A stretch of DNA of 64,000 bases, taken from the NCBI GenBank assembly GCA_050173015.1, contig JBFXLE010000004.1, forward strand, positions 32,001-96,000, written 5' to 3'. Positions 1 through 9,493 of this stretch are shown here, piece after piece; position 1 is the stretch's first letter; each line of letters starts with the position of its first letter. The DNA comes from Calditrichaceae bacterium (GTDB lineage Bacteria; Calditrichota; Calditrichia; Calditrichales; JBFXGD01). The translations under genes and the position numbers were made by a program. The notes below the pieces were generated by a model. It was not told where the DNA came from. It worked only from the letters and a program-made list of their open reading frames with translations, and ran no database searches.

Positions 1-13
1 TGAAGAAACATGG

Positions 14-125
14 TAAGTTAACTCTGAAACTTGAGAAGTTACGCCGGAAACTTCTGAAGTTACTCCGGAAAGTTCTGAAGTTACGCCGAAAAGTTCTGAA
101 GTTACAAACGTAACCCGGGAAGTTT
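14..125. repeat. 21-bp tandem repeat (GAAGTTACNCCGGAAANTTCT-like), ~5 units
   Basis: GAAGTT recurs at 35, 56, 77, 98 and 119 (exact 21-bp period), with a degenerate TAAGTT at 14. Confidence 0.85.
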
Positions 126-428
126 CATACTCCCGCTCCCGGACGCTCGTATATAAGGCTTCTCAACATTTTTATTTGAAGCGCTGTTGACAGGAAAATG
201 AAACCGGGATTCAACCCCAAATACTGATAGCAACAATTTGATCCGATCTCGTGCCGGATATCAGACAATAAGAAAAAATGGTTTGGAGTATGTTCTGAGA
301 TACCCTTATACTGTTGAACGGAAGAGCGAACTGATTCCAACGATTAATTATTCGAATATTAGAAAATATTGATAAATAACAGAAGCGCCTGATTAATATC
401 ATATCATATTTTTTGAATGGTCTGAGAT

Positions 429-1004
429 ATGGGTAAACTCAAAAAATTTTTGCTGTTTGAACAACATGTGTGCCCCTGGTGGCTGGCATATTCATGGGAT
501 CACCGTTTACGAAAACTAATACATAATCCTGAAAAAATCCTTAAGCCATATTTATCTGAAGGTGATATTGTCGCGGATGTCGGATGCGGAATGGGATTTT
601 TCTCAATCGCGGCGGCAAAATATGTTGGTTCATCAGGGCGGGTTTTCTCCGTTGATGTCCAACAAAAAATGCTTGATATTCTGCAAAAACGGGCGCAATA
701 TTCTAAACATACACTCCCGATTACATCCATATTAGCTGATCGGGTTCACCAAATGATTACGGACCCAATAGATTTTCTCTTAAATTTCTGGATGTTGCAT
801 GAAGTTAATGACAAAACAGAATTTCTTAATTATTGGCACAGACAATTAAAGCAAGGTGGAAAATATTTGCTTGTTGAGCCGAAGATTCATACTTCCCGGA
901 AATCATTTGAGGAAGAAATACGCCTATGTGAATCAGTAGGCTTTGAAAAAATCGAAAGGCCCATTATTCGAACAAGCCGCGCGGTACTTTTTCGCAAAGT
1001 ATAA
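429..1004 (+). CDS. Class I SAM-dependent methyltransferase
   Basis: Motif I VADVGCGMG; acidic end of beta2 (SVDVQ); MLHEV; LKQGG. Confidence 0.9.
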   Translation: MGKLKKFLLFEQHVCPWWLAYSWDHRLRKLIHNPEKILKPYLSEGDIVADVGCGMGFFSIAAAKYVGSSGRVFSVDVQQKMLDILQKRAQYSKHTLPITSILADRVHQMITDPIDFLLNFWMLHEVNDKTEFLNYWHRQLKQGGKYLLVEPKIHTSRKSFEEEIRLCESVGFEKIERPIIRTSRAVLFRKV

Positions 1005-1017
1005 AACGATTGTAAAA

Positions 1018-1093
1018 GTATAACCGATTCATCATTCCGGCAGCCCCCGGATCCCGCGTGTCGGACGCGTCGGGAAAATGTTGCCCGTAAACG
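1018..1093 (+). other. Decayed attC-like site
   Basis: GTATAAC-5nt-CATCATTC...GAAAATG-6nt-GTAAACG keeps attC box geometry right after a gene; R' is mutated. Confidence 0.35.
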
Positions 1094-1495
1094 CTGTCTG
1101 TACGCCTGAGGAACTACCCGTCATTCGGAAAATTTCAAATTTGTCGAAGAGCAGGGTGTTCATGTCAGGGATAAATAGTGAACTTCCGCGTAAATTGCCC
1201 CCGGAAATACAGATCTACAAAAAGAAACTCTCATCGAGGAATTGTTTGAGCTTATTACATGGTTTCATACGATAGAATGATCGTCTGAAAGCGATGCTAA
1301 GTAACACGAAAACCGATTTTTGATGCATTATCGGATGCAATCAGCATATTGGGAAGAATGATTATTTCAAATCATTGAAGACGCGTATCTGATCTGAAAT
1401 GAGAAAAAACGCATTATACACGGTTGGAGTCAGAATTTAAACACGTCCGTTTACTACATTTTGCAATAAAAAATTACACATAAAGGAGACCAGCC

Positions 1496-2098
1496 TTGCG
1501 AAAAATCATCGTTCTCACCTTTGTTAGCCTCGATGGCGTGATCCAGGCGCCCGGCGGGCCTGAAGAAGATATTTCCGGCGATTTTAAGTACGGAGGCTGG
1601 ACCGCTCCGTATTTTGACGAATTTGCGGGTGAATTGATGGAAAAGCAGATGAGTAAGCCTTTTGAGTTATTGTTGGGCAGAACTACCTTTGAAATCTTCG
1701 CCTCATACTGGCCGCGCCATAGCGCCGGGTGGCCCGGTGTCAATGAAACAAAAAAATATGTGGTCGCGCGCGGGGAAATGAAGCTTGATTGGGAAAATTC
1801 GATTCTTCTCAAGGATGACGTTGTTTCAAAAATAAAAAAACTCAAAGAACAGGACGGTCCTGATTTACAAGTTTATGGTAGTGGTAATTTCGTTCAAACT
1901 CTCTTAAAGCATGATTTGGCTGATGAACTGTGGCTCAAAATCTTCCCGGTAACACTCGGGTCGGGAAAGCGCTTGTTTGCCGCGGGAACGAGTCCTGCAG
2001 CTTTCAAATTAACGGAGAGCAAAGTATCGCCGCTTGGTGTCATTTTTGCTAATTACAAACGCGCCGGCGAAGTGAAGACGGGTTCTTTTGGGGCATAG
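1496..2098 (+). CDS. Dihydrofolate reductase/RibD C-terminal family protein
   Basis: FVSLDGVIQAPGGP, LLGRTTF, VYGSGN, PVTLGSGKRLF; TTG start after AAGGAG. Confidence 0.9.
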   Translation: MRKIIVLTFVSLDGVIQAPGGPEEDISGDFKYGGWTAPYFDEFAGELMEKQMSKPFELLLGRTTFEIFASYWPRHSAGWPGVNETKKYVVARGEMKLDWENSILLKDDVVSKIKKLKEQDGPDLQVYGSGNFVQTLLKHDLADELWLKIFPVTLGSGKRLFAAGTSPAAFKLTESKVSPLGVIFANYKRAGEVKTGSFGA

Positions 2099-2157
2099 AT
2101 AATGGTGCCTGTATTGAGAATATCCACTCCGCCAAAAACACGGATACCCGGGGACAA

Positions 2158-2772
2158 ATGAACAAAAACATCCAAAACGGAATGAATCCGAAGGTTGACT
2201 TTTTTTTCAGAAAGGCCAAAAAGTGGCGGGAAGAATATGAGAAGTTGAGAACCATCGTCCTTGATTGCGGGCTAACCGAAGAATTGAAGTGGGGCGTTCC
2301 TTGTTACACATTGCAAAACAATAATATCGTTTTAATACATGGTTTTAAGGAATACTGCGCGCTTCTGTTTCACAAGGGCGTCCTGTTAAAAGATGTAAAG
2401 GGGATTTTAATCCAACAAACCAAAAATGTGCAGGCCGGGCGACAGATTCGCTTTACCAATATTCAGGAAATAGTCGGGATGGAAGCCGATCTGAAAACCT
2501 ATATTTATGAGGCAATTGCAGTTGAAAAAGCCGGTCTGCAAGTGAACTTAAAAAAGACTTCAGACTTTACCATACCGCGGGAATTTCAAAAGGTTTTGAA
2601 TGAAGACCACGCCTTAAGAATCGCGTTTGATGCACTGACACCGGGACGACAAAGAGGATACCTTCTTTATTTTGCTCAACCCAAACAAACCAAAACCCGG
2701 GAGTCAAGGGTTGAAAAATGTATACCACAAATTCTTGATGGAATTGGGTTAAATGACCGGAAAACGCGTTGA
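2158..2772 (+). CDS. YdeI/OmpD-associated (DUF1801+OmdA) protein
   Basis: LKWGVPCY, GFKEYCALLF, LTPGRQRGY; the start may be 2182. Confidence 0.9.
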   Translation: MNKNIQNGMNPKVDFFFRKAKKWREEYEKLRTIVLDCGLTEELKWGVPCYTLQNNNIVLIHGFKEYCALLFHKGVLLKDVKGILIQQTKNVQAGRQIRFTNIQEIVGMEADLKTYIYEAIAVEKAGLQVNLKKTSDFTIPREFQKVLNEDHALRIAFDALTPGRQRGYLLYFAQPKQTKTRESRVEKCIPQILDGIGLNDRKTR

Positions 2773-3155
2773 GAAATTATGTCAGGTCGGCGCCTGATTT
2801 TTTCATCACCCTGACGCTTCCGGCCGCGGCGTGATTTTAGAAATTTGAGTATTGACACATCTTTTAAATTTTCTCAAGTTAGATTCCTGAGAGCAACGCA
2901 AAATTTCATACAGTTAATCGGGTCGTATCCCGTTATAAGCGCCGGAGCATATAAAGTATGTCGTGGCTCAAAGTTTTTGTACGCGGATAAGGCGCGTATT
3001 GATTTATTTAAATAAAATCTCGTAAATTAGAATTGCCTGATTGGTTGTCATAGTTTTCCAACGCATTAAAAATAATTTTATTATATCTTTGTTTATATAT
3101 GATGCTAAATTTTACTGGCTTTCAAACCGGACCGGGAATTGAAAAGGATATCTAA

Positions 3156-3554
3156 ATGAGAAAGATAATATTTTTGTTGTGGATCGTATTTATCAGTTTG
3201 CTAATCAGTTGCGATGAAAACTCACGTTTGAGTTTAGCATTTTCACCACCCAAATGTACACTCGCGGAATTGGAAAAAAAGGACTATACTCCGGGTAGTT
3301 TTGCCCGTATCAGTTATAAGGCAACAAATGTTAGCGATCCCATTGCCTTCAGTGTCGCATGTATAATAAAACTAAAAAAGGGAAATTTAATTGTAGACCG
3401 GAGCAGCGTATATTTTGGAACACTTGAATCAGGTGAATCATCCATAGAAGATGCTGTATTTTCAAAAATAAAAACACATACAGAATATGACGATGTCGAA
3501 ATTACCTTATCATGGTACGATGCAAATAATGAATATTACGAAAAGTCATATTAA
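3156..3554 (+). CDS. Hypothetical lipoprotein (Ig-like beta fold likely)
   Basis: Signal peptide II ending LLISC; RBS AAGGA; beta-rich sequence. Confidence 0.7.
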   Translation: MRKIIFLLWIVFISLLISCDENSRLSLAFSPPKCTLAELEKKDYTPGSFARISYKATNVSDPIAFSVACIIKLKKGNLIVDRSSVYFGTLESGESSIEDAVFSKIKTHTEYDDVEITLSWYDANNEYYEKSY

Positions 3555-3609
3555 TTTCACATAACCCGGGAAACCTTATTTGCTTTTCAGTCTTTATTTC
3601 TACAAAAAT

Positions 3610-3820
3610 TCATCCCTCCGGGATTGGGATTAATGAATAAATTGAAAACTCTGGGTTGATGTAACAATGTTAAATAGATTGGATATGGAAACCCGACGCC
3701 GGAGGCGTCACAGCTTAGTAGAATAGGGATTCCGTGGTGTGTTGTTCGACCCCGACGGGGTCGCAGAAAGATGTGGTGTCTGTTTTTCTATTAACGTGTA
3801 ATCCCTTCGGGATTGGGAAT
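3610..3820. repeat. REP-like palindromic element (family 2)
   Basis: Hairpins ATCCCTCCGGGAT, GACGCCGGAGGCGTC, CGACCCCGACGGGGTCG, AATCCCTTCGGGATT; partial homologous copy at ~16050-16120. Confidence 0.65.
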
Positions 3821-4133
3821 AAGCGTATGTATTAAAACCCGGAGTGTCTAAAAATTGTAATGAGAAAGGTTTAAAACGTTTGCGCGAAAGTTAAGCCACC
3901 CTTGAAAATTTCATCCTTTTGTTTATAATAATAACGTTATTATTTCATCTTTTGTCTTTTTGCTTCAATCATTGAAAATGTGTACAAAGTTGATTTTGAT
4001 ATAGATGTCAGCTCATTTTTTGGATAATATTTCAGGCCGGTTTTAAGAAAAAAAGAAAATAATGGTTTTGGTTGTTTTCAAAAAGGTCCTGGTCTATTCA
4101 GCGTAGGAGCGTATTGTTCCCGACGGATAATTT

Positions 4134-4211
4134 TTCTAATATTGGAAACATTTTTTTTTCTAACATTAGAATAAGTTTTCTATATTTAGAAAAAGTTTTC
4201 CAATATTGGAA
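4134..4211. promoter_or_regulatory. Four phased 14-bp palindromes TTCYAATATTRGAA (operator-like)
   Basis: Copies at 4134, 4158, 4178 and 4198, spaced 24/20/20 bp, 65 bp upstream of the 4277 start. Confidence 0.65.
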
Positions 4212-4276
4212 TAAAATGATAATTAACAGAGACATCTAATTAATATGTTAGCCCTTAATATAAAAGTTACAGGTAT

Positions 4277-5518
4277 ATGAAGATGAAATTGATTACGACA
4301 ATATTATTAGTAATTTTTGTTTTTGGATCTGCTTTTTCCCAATCATCTTACACTGGACAGACAGTAGAAGACTTATTCGACTTGCCTGAAGAAGAAATAA
4401 ATATCGGGGTTGCTTCTCTAGTTTTGGCAAAAGAATTCTATCCTGATATGAACGTTGATTTCTTCCTTTATAGTTTTGATTATATGGCTCAACGATTTAG
4501 TGAAGTGTTTGGACAATATGAAAATCCTGATGAAAGAGTGCGTGCCTTGAACACATATTTTTACAAATCAGGTTTTTGGAATGATGGGATAACTTTCAGT
4601 TATGATGATGACGATTTACATGTGACCAAATTAAGTAACAGATTTATTAATGGTTATATTGCAACGAAGAAAGGCTCCTGCATTACGATGCCTTTGCTTT
4701 ATGTAATAATCGGTGAAAGGTTAGGATGGCCGATATATCCTGTTCGTTCAGCAAAACACTTCTTTGTTCGTTATATTCCAAAAGAATTGTCTTTTAACTT
4801 CCAGCAAAATATTGAAACCACCAATGGCGGTTCATTTATATCTGATGAGCAATATAAATTAGACGTTCAAATTCCTGACAAAGCGATTGAGAACGGTGTC
4901 TATTTACGAACTCTTTCAAAAAAAGAATATTTAGCATCCCTTCTTTTAATCAACGCCAATCAACATCTTGAAAATAACAACATTGAAATCGCCAAAAATT
5001 ATTTTAGAATCGCAATTAGATATGATTCTACTTTATCATCAGCCTATTGGAATTATGCCCTTATTCATTTTGCAGAAGCAAGAAAATTAGAAGAAGAACT
5101 ATATAACGAACAACAAACAGAAATTTCTTATTATGAAATTCAAGCGATGAATAAGAAGAATCAGTATATATATCCAAACCAGAATAAACCGACACAAAAG
5201 AATCTTATGGATTATTTGAAGATTAAAACACCTGATAAAGCCGCTTTTGAGACTTTTAACCATACGATTCCAGAGACTAAAGAAGTCAAATCCACGTCAA
5301 ATAAAAATATCTCGCTAACTTCGAATCAGAAAATAGAATTACAAACTTCACTGATGGAAATTGAAGAAAAATATAAACCAAAAATTCTTGCCAAACTTGA
5401 TGTTTATCGTGAGTATAAAAATAAAGCAGAAGAATTGGGAATTGTAACAAAGTATCCATTAGAGTTTTTTATTAAACAATCAGAAAGTCTAAAGCGATTT
5501 AAAGAGAAAGGAAATTAA
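4277..5518 (+). CDS. Secreted transglutaminase-like (SirB1/Transglut_core2-type) protein with TPR-like region
   Basis: Signal peptide; GSCITMPLLY...LGWPIYPV...HFFVRY...NIETTNGG gives a Cys-His-Glu triad; helical TPR-like AKNYFRIAIRYDSTLSSAYWNYA. Confidence 0.8.
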   Translation: MKMKLITTILLVIFVFGSAFSQSSYTGQTVEDLFDLPEEEINIGVASLVLAKEFYPDMNVDFFLYSFDYMAQRFSEVFGQYENPDERVRALNTYFYKSGFWNDGITFSYDDDDLHVTKLSNRFINGYIATKKGSCITMPLLYVIIGERLGWPIYPVRSAKHFFVRYIPKELSFNFQQNIETTNGGSFISDEQYKLDVQIPDKAIENGVYLRTLSKKEYLASLLLINANQHLENNNIEIAKNYFRIAIRYDSTLSSAYWNYALIHFAEARKLEEELYNEQQTEISYYEIQAMNKKNQYIYPNQNKPTQKNLMDYLKIKTPDKAAFETFNHTIPETKEVKSTSNKNISLTSNQKIELQTSLMEIEEKYKPKILAKLDVYREYKNKAEELGIVTKYPLEFFIKQSESLKRFKEKGN

Positions 5519-5519
5519 G

Positions 5520-6281
5520 ATGAGATGGTTATCACTATCCACAATTTTATTATTTGTTTTGTCAAACCTATTATTTGCTGGTCGTTATTATGATGCCGCA
5601 ACTGGAAGGTTTATGCAAATTGATCCCCATTCTTCCAAATATCCATCTGTAAGTCCCTATAATTATACTTTAAATAATCCTCTTAAAAATATTGATCCGG
5701 ATGGTAAGGATGTTTTGGATGCAATTACGGGCAAACCTTTAACAGTTACTGAAATGACATCAAGAACAAAAAACCTAATAACGCAAATGAATTCATCATC
5801 AAAAGGTATTTTTGCTTCAAACGTTATTACTACTCATTCAAATTTTAGAGAAGATTTATACCAAATATGGGGTGGTCGCCAAGTAGACTGGGGTGGCACA
5901 ATGGGTTTTACATTTTTTGGAACTCAAACTGGATATCCAAGATATACAATGAATACAATGTTTACTTTAAATAATGAAAATATTAATGCCGGTTGGACTA
6001 CTCAAATGACAGCCTCTCCTTCATTACAATTAAATCCTGCGTTATCTAATGATTACAATCAAAACATATATAATTTGTCATTCGGTGCAACAACATTTGA
6101 TGCAGAAGGTAATTCTGTTCATTCTGATTATGTTATTAAAATAACTGGTACAATTGCTGAGATTAACTTCGCACTTGCTGGTACTGGGTATGAATTATAT
6201 AAAAATGATAAGGGTAAATATATATTTAGACAGATTGTAGAAGATAAGGAAGAAGATGAGAAGGAAAAGAATGATGAATAG
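5520..6281 (+). CDS. Signal peptide + RHS-associated core + unknown C-terminal (putative toxin) domain
   Basis: 20-aa hydrophobic leader then GRYYDAATGRFMQIDP...SPYNYTLNNPLKNIDPDG; no YD repeats. Confidence 0.85.
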   Translation: MRWLSLSTILLFVLSNLLFAGRYYDAATGRFMQIDPHSSKYPSVSPYNYTLNNPLKNIDPDGKDVLDAITGKPLTVTEMTSRTKNLITQMNSSSKGIFASNVITTHSNFREDLYQIWGGRQVDWGGTMGFTFFGTQTGYPRYTMNTMFTLNNENINAGWTTQMTASPSLQLNPALSNDYNQNIYNLSFGATTFDAEGNSVHSDYVIKITGTIAEINFALAGTGYELYKNDKGKYIFRQIVEDKEEDEKEKNDE

Positions 6282-7095
6282 AATTATAATTTTATCTTTA
6301 GTTGTTTTTTTTTCAAATTGTAAAATGAATGAAATTGATAGCCAAAAGAATATGATATTAATTCCTGGTGGTTCTTTTTTTATAGGTACTGATACATCCA
6401 CTGCAATTAAGTTTGCTAATAATAATCCAACTTTATGTGATTTTTCATGGTTTACAGACCAATTTCCGAAACATAAAGTTTCAATAGATACATTTTATAT
6501 CGATAAATATGAAGTAACCATTGGTGAATACGAAGATTTTATTTCAGCAACTAATTATGTTTCTATCGGTGATTGGAAAAGTTATTATAATTTCCTAAAG
6601 GATTCATTAAAATTAAATAAGAATATTAGAAACTTTCCCATAGCAGGTATCACTTGGGATGATGCATTTGAATATTGTAATTGGAAAGGAAAAAGATTAC
6701 CAACAGAAGCTGAATGGGAATATGTAGCAAAGGGTAGAACAAAAGATTTAGCATACCCGTGGGGGATGTACTATGATTCTTCAAAAGGAAATGTTCAAAA
6801 TATTAAAGGCCCACTACCAGTTGGTAATTTCTTACCTAATAGTTACGGTGTTTTTGACCTTGGTGGGAATGTTCAAGAGTGGTGCTATGATATATATGAC
6901 AAAGATTATTATGCCATTGCAGACTCAATAAACCCAAAAGGTCCAAAGGAAGGCCTAAGTAGAGTGGTCAGGGGGGGAAGTTGGTATCTAAATGGGAAAT
7001 TTTATTCAAGGTCTGCTACGAGATCAACTACATTGTATAAAGATAATTATATTAATCTAGTCGGATTTAGATGTGCCAAAAACTATAAAGACTAA
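6271..7095 (+). CDS. FGE-sulfatase (SUMF1/PvdO-fold) lipoprotein, putative immunity/binding protein
   Basis: Lipobox-like FFSNC; IPGGSFFIG, YEVT, RLPTEAEWEY, GNVQEW, RGGSW, GFRC; start overlaps the upstream stop. Confidence 0.85.
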   Translation: MMNRIIILSLVVFFSNCKMNEIDSQKNMILIPGGSFFIGTDTSTAIKFANNNPTLCDFSWFTDQFPKHKVSIDTFYIDKYEVTIGEYEDFISATNYVSIGDWKSYYNFLKDSLKLNKNIRNFPIAGITWDDAFEYCNWKGKRLPTEAEWEYVAKGRTKDLAYPWGMYYDSSKGNVQNIKGPLPVGNFLPNSYGVFDLGGNVQEWCYDIYDKDYYAIADSINPKGPKEGLSRVVRGGSWYLNGKFYSRSATRSTTLYKDNYINLVGFRCAKNYKD

Positions 7096-7111
7096 TTATA
7101 GTGTAATTTAG

Positions 7112-7215
7112 GGCTAACCAATCATTCGAGCTGACGGGAAACGCGGGGGATGATTTTCGGTTTTATCTTTAAATTTTGGGCTACTTATTCCCGCAGCTCA
7201 ATTCTAACGTTAGTG
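7112..7215 (+). other. attC recombination site (intact)
   Basis: R'' GGCTAAC, 5 nt, L'' ATTCGAGC (extra C), TGACGGGAA/TTCCCGCA stem with a bulge, L' GCTCAAT, 6 nt, R' GTTAGTG. Confidence 0.9.
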
Positions 7216-7312
7216 TCCTTCTTCAATATTCAGCTTATTACATATTTATGGAAATATTGTTTTAATTGTTCTGCGTTGTACTATTTATATTGTTTTTTAT
7301 CCATACAGCTTC

Positions 7313-7378
7313 ACATTACAAATCGCCCAGGTTGACCGGCGCGGACGACACGCCGTCAAGTTAACTCAAAGGTTGGGC
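7313..7378 (+). other. Degenerate attC site
   Basis: ACATTAC-5nt-GCCCAGGT TGAC...GTCA AGTTAAC-6nt-GTTGGGC. Confidence 0.55.
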
Positions 7379-7756
7379 GTCAAGGCGGTGTATTATTGCT
7401 CCATTTGATTTCAAACTCCCGGGAAACCCACCGCGTTTCAGGAGATTCAATATTTCTACGCGGCAAAACAAACTGCCCGGACAGCGCTTCCATAGGCTCA
7501 CATTCATGAACACGCGTACGGACATCGATTTGCTTATCGCCGGAGTGGTACTTACCATCATTTATATACGTTTAGAAAATCCGGCCTTTGTGATTGGAGT
7601 TCATGCCTTGATAAGTCAGCCGTTTAATATGATAGAGCCCCTTTTCCCATGCATATATGTCAAGCGGAATTTGGGACAATCCTATGTGAATACCGGGTAG
7701 AAAGATGAATTCAATAGGATCAAATTTATATAAATTCTTGTATAATTTTAAAAGGC

Positions 7757-9493
7757 ATGGAGAAGATGTTGAACTCAGATATCCTCAAACAAAAATTAGC
7801 CGCGATTGACGGGAAGGATTACGCGGCCTATCAGTCACTCTCAGGGATATACGAGTTCAATCTGTTTACGCTCATTATTCAGCGAATACCCAAAGATCCT
7901 TATGCTCCGCCACATACCGGTATATACCGTATTCAGGTCCGGCGAGATGACCAACGCGTGGTCGGTCTGAATATAAAATCCAAATTACAAAAGACCGCGT
8001 GCGCTGATTTCCTGGCGAGATATTTTTTTAACGCCTGTCAGAAAATTTCCAAAGGTATTCGTGGAACCGGATTCAGCGGATTGATCACCATTAATCAACC
8101 GGGTCAGGCCATTTTAGAAAGAAACAGTGTGGTCATCACGGATGATATGATTGAAACACGCTGCTTTTTAGGACTCCCCGCCGATGGCAGGAAAATTATT
8201 TCTGAAATTGCCGAAAACATGCTGTTCAATGAGCTTCCGGATATTGTAAACGAATCATTTTTAGATAAAAATATTGATCATAAGGCGCTGAGGGAACACA
8301 TCGATGCGGCGGAGGATGCCGCTTATCTTCGCGCTTATCTTGATTCTCTTGATCTGATCGCGTTCATCGCTGATAATTCCATCCTCCCCCGCGAAAGCGG
8401 AACGAGTGATAAACCCATGTCCGGTAAGTCGGCGATCCCGTTTTCTTCACCGGCCGGTCTGATCAGGGAGATAGAACTTCCGCATGCCGGTAAGGTCAAA
8501 GGTATGGGTATCCCCGGGGGGATCACACTGATCACGGGAGGAGGCTATCATGGGAAATCGACTTTGTTAAAAGCGCTTGAGACCGGTATTTACAATCATA
8601 TCCCCGGGGATGGACGTGAACGATGCGTATCAAACGCGCAAACCGTTAAAATACGGGCATATGGCGGAAGAAGCGTTGTAAAAACAGATATATCCCCTTT
8701 TATTAAAAATCTTCCTTTTCAAAAAGATACCACATCCTTTTGCACCGGGAATGCCAGCGGAAGTACATCACAGGCAGCGAATATAATAGAGGCGATTGAA
8801 GCGGGCGCCGAGGTGTTGTTAATGGATGAAGACACATGCGCGACAAATTTTATGATCCGCGATCATAAGATGCAGCAATTGGTGAACAAGAATGATGAAC
8901 CGATCACGACTTTTATCGATAAGGTAAGACAACTTTATGTAGAAAAAAACATATCAACCGTTTTGGTATTGGGCGGTGTGGGTGATTATTTCGATGTATC
9001 CGATCAGGTGGTTCAGATGATAAATTACCGGCCATTGGATATGACTTCCCGCGCGCGTCAAATTGCCGACATGTTTCCCGCAAAACGTAAAGTTGAGGAT
9101 GAAGCGTATCCTTTTCATATCCGGGAGCGGATTCCAATATCTGACAGCATTGATCCACTCAATCAATATGGAAAATTTGCCATCTATGCTAAGGAAGTTC
9201 ATCGATTAAATTTTGGAAATCAGGTAATCGATCTTACTGATTTGGAACAGCTTACAGAACTGTCACAAACAAAAGCCCTGGGATACGCGATTGAATATGC
9301 TAAAAAATACATTGATAAAAAAACATCATTGCGTGAGGTCGTTCATCTGGTGATAAAAGATATGGACAGGAATGGAATCGATATCATCAGCGATAAAATT
9401 TCCGGACATTTTGCCTGGTTTAGAGGGCTTGAATTAGCTTTCGCTTTAAATCGGCTCAGAGGTTTTGATGTTATTCAAAAAGAGCGGGGATGA
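7757..9493 (+). CDS. ABC-class ATPase domain protein (ABC_ATPase family)
   Basis: Walker A GGGYHGKST, ASGSTSQA, Walker B LLMDEDTCATNFM, LPRESG. Confidence 0.9.
   Translation: MEKMLNSDILKQKLAAIDGKDYAAYQSLSGIYEFNLFTLIIQRIPKDPYAPPHTGIYRIQVRRDDQRVVGLNIKSKLQKTACADFLARYFFNACQKISKGIRGTGFSGLITINQPGQAILERNSVVITDDMIETRCFLGLPADGRKIISEIAENMLFNELPDIVNESFLDKNIDHKALREHIDAAEDAAYLRAYLDSLDLIAFIADNSILPRESGTSDKPMSGKSAIPFSSPAGLIREIELPHAGKVKGMGIPGGITLITGGGYHGKSTLLKALETGIYNHIPGDGRERCVSNAQTVKIRAYGGRSVVKTDISPFIKNLPFQKDTTSFCTGNASGSTSQAANIIEAIEAGAEVLLMDEDTCATNFMIRDHKMQQLVNKNDEPITTFIDKVRQLYVEKNISTVLVLGGVGDYFDVSDQVVQMINYRPLDMTSRARQIADMFPAKRKVEDEAYPFHIRERIPISDSIDPLNQYGKFAIYAKEVHRLNFGNQVIDLTDLEQLTELSQTKALGYAIEYAKKYIDKKTSLREVVHLVIKDMDRNGIDIISDKISGHFAWFRGLELAFALNRLRGFDVIQKERG

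Larger units (their letters stand above)
4248..7209 (+). mobile_element. Three-gene integron gene cassette (no intI in window)
   Basis: Upstream core G/TTAGCCCT (4247-4255) is the exact reverse complement of AGGGCTAAC (7110-7118) at the start of the downstream attC; segment is AT-rich relative to the flanks. Confidence 0.8.

Noticed and set aside
6960-7095. DGR variable region in the FGE-fold gene
   Set aside because: No template repeat or reverse transcriptase seen in the window; a remote DGR cannot be excluded
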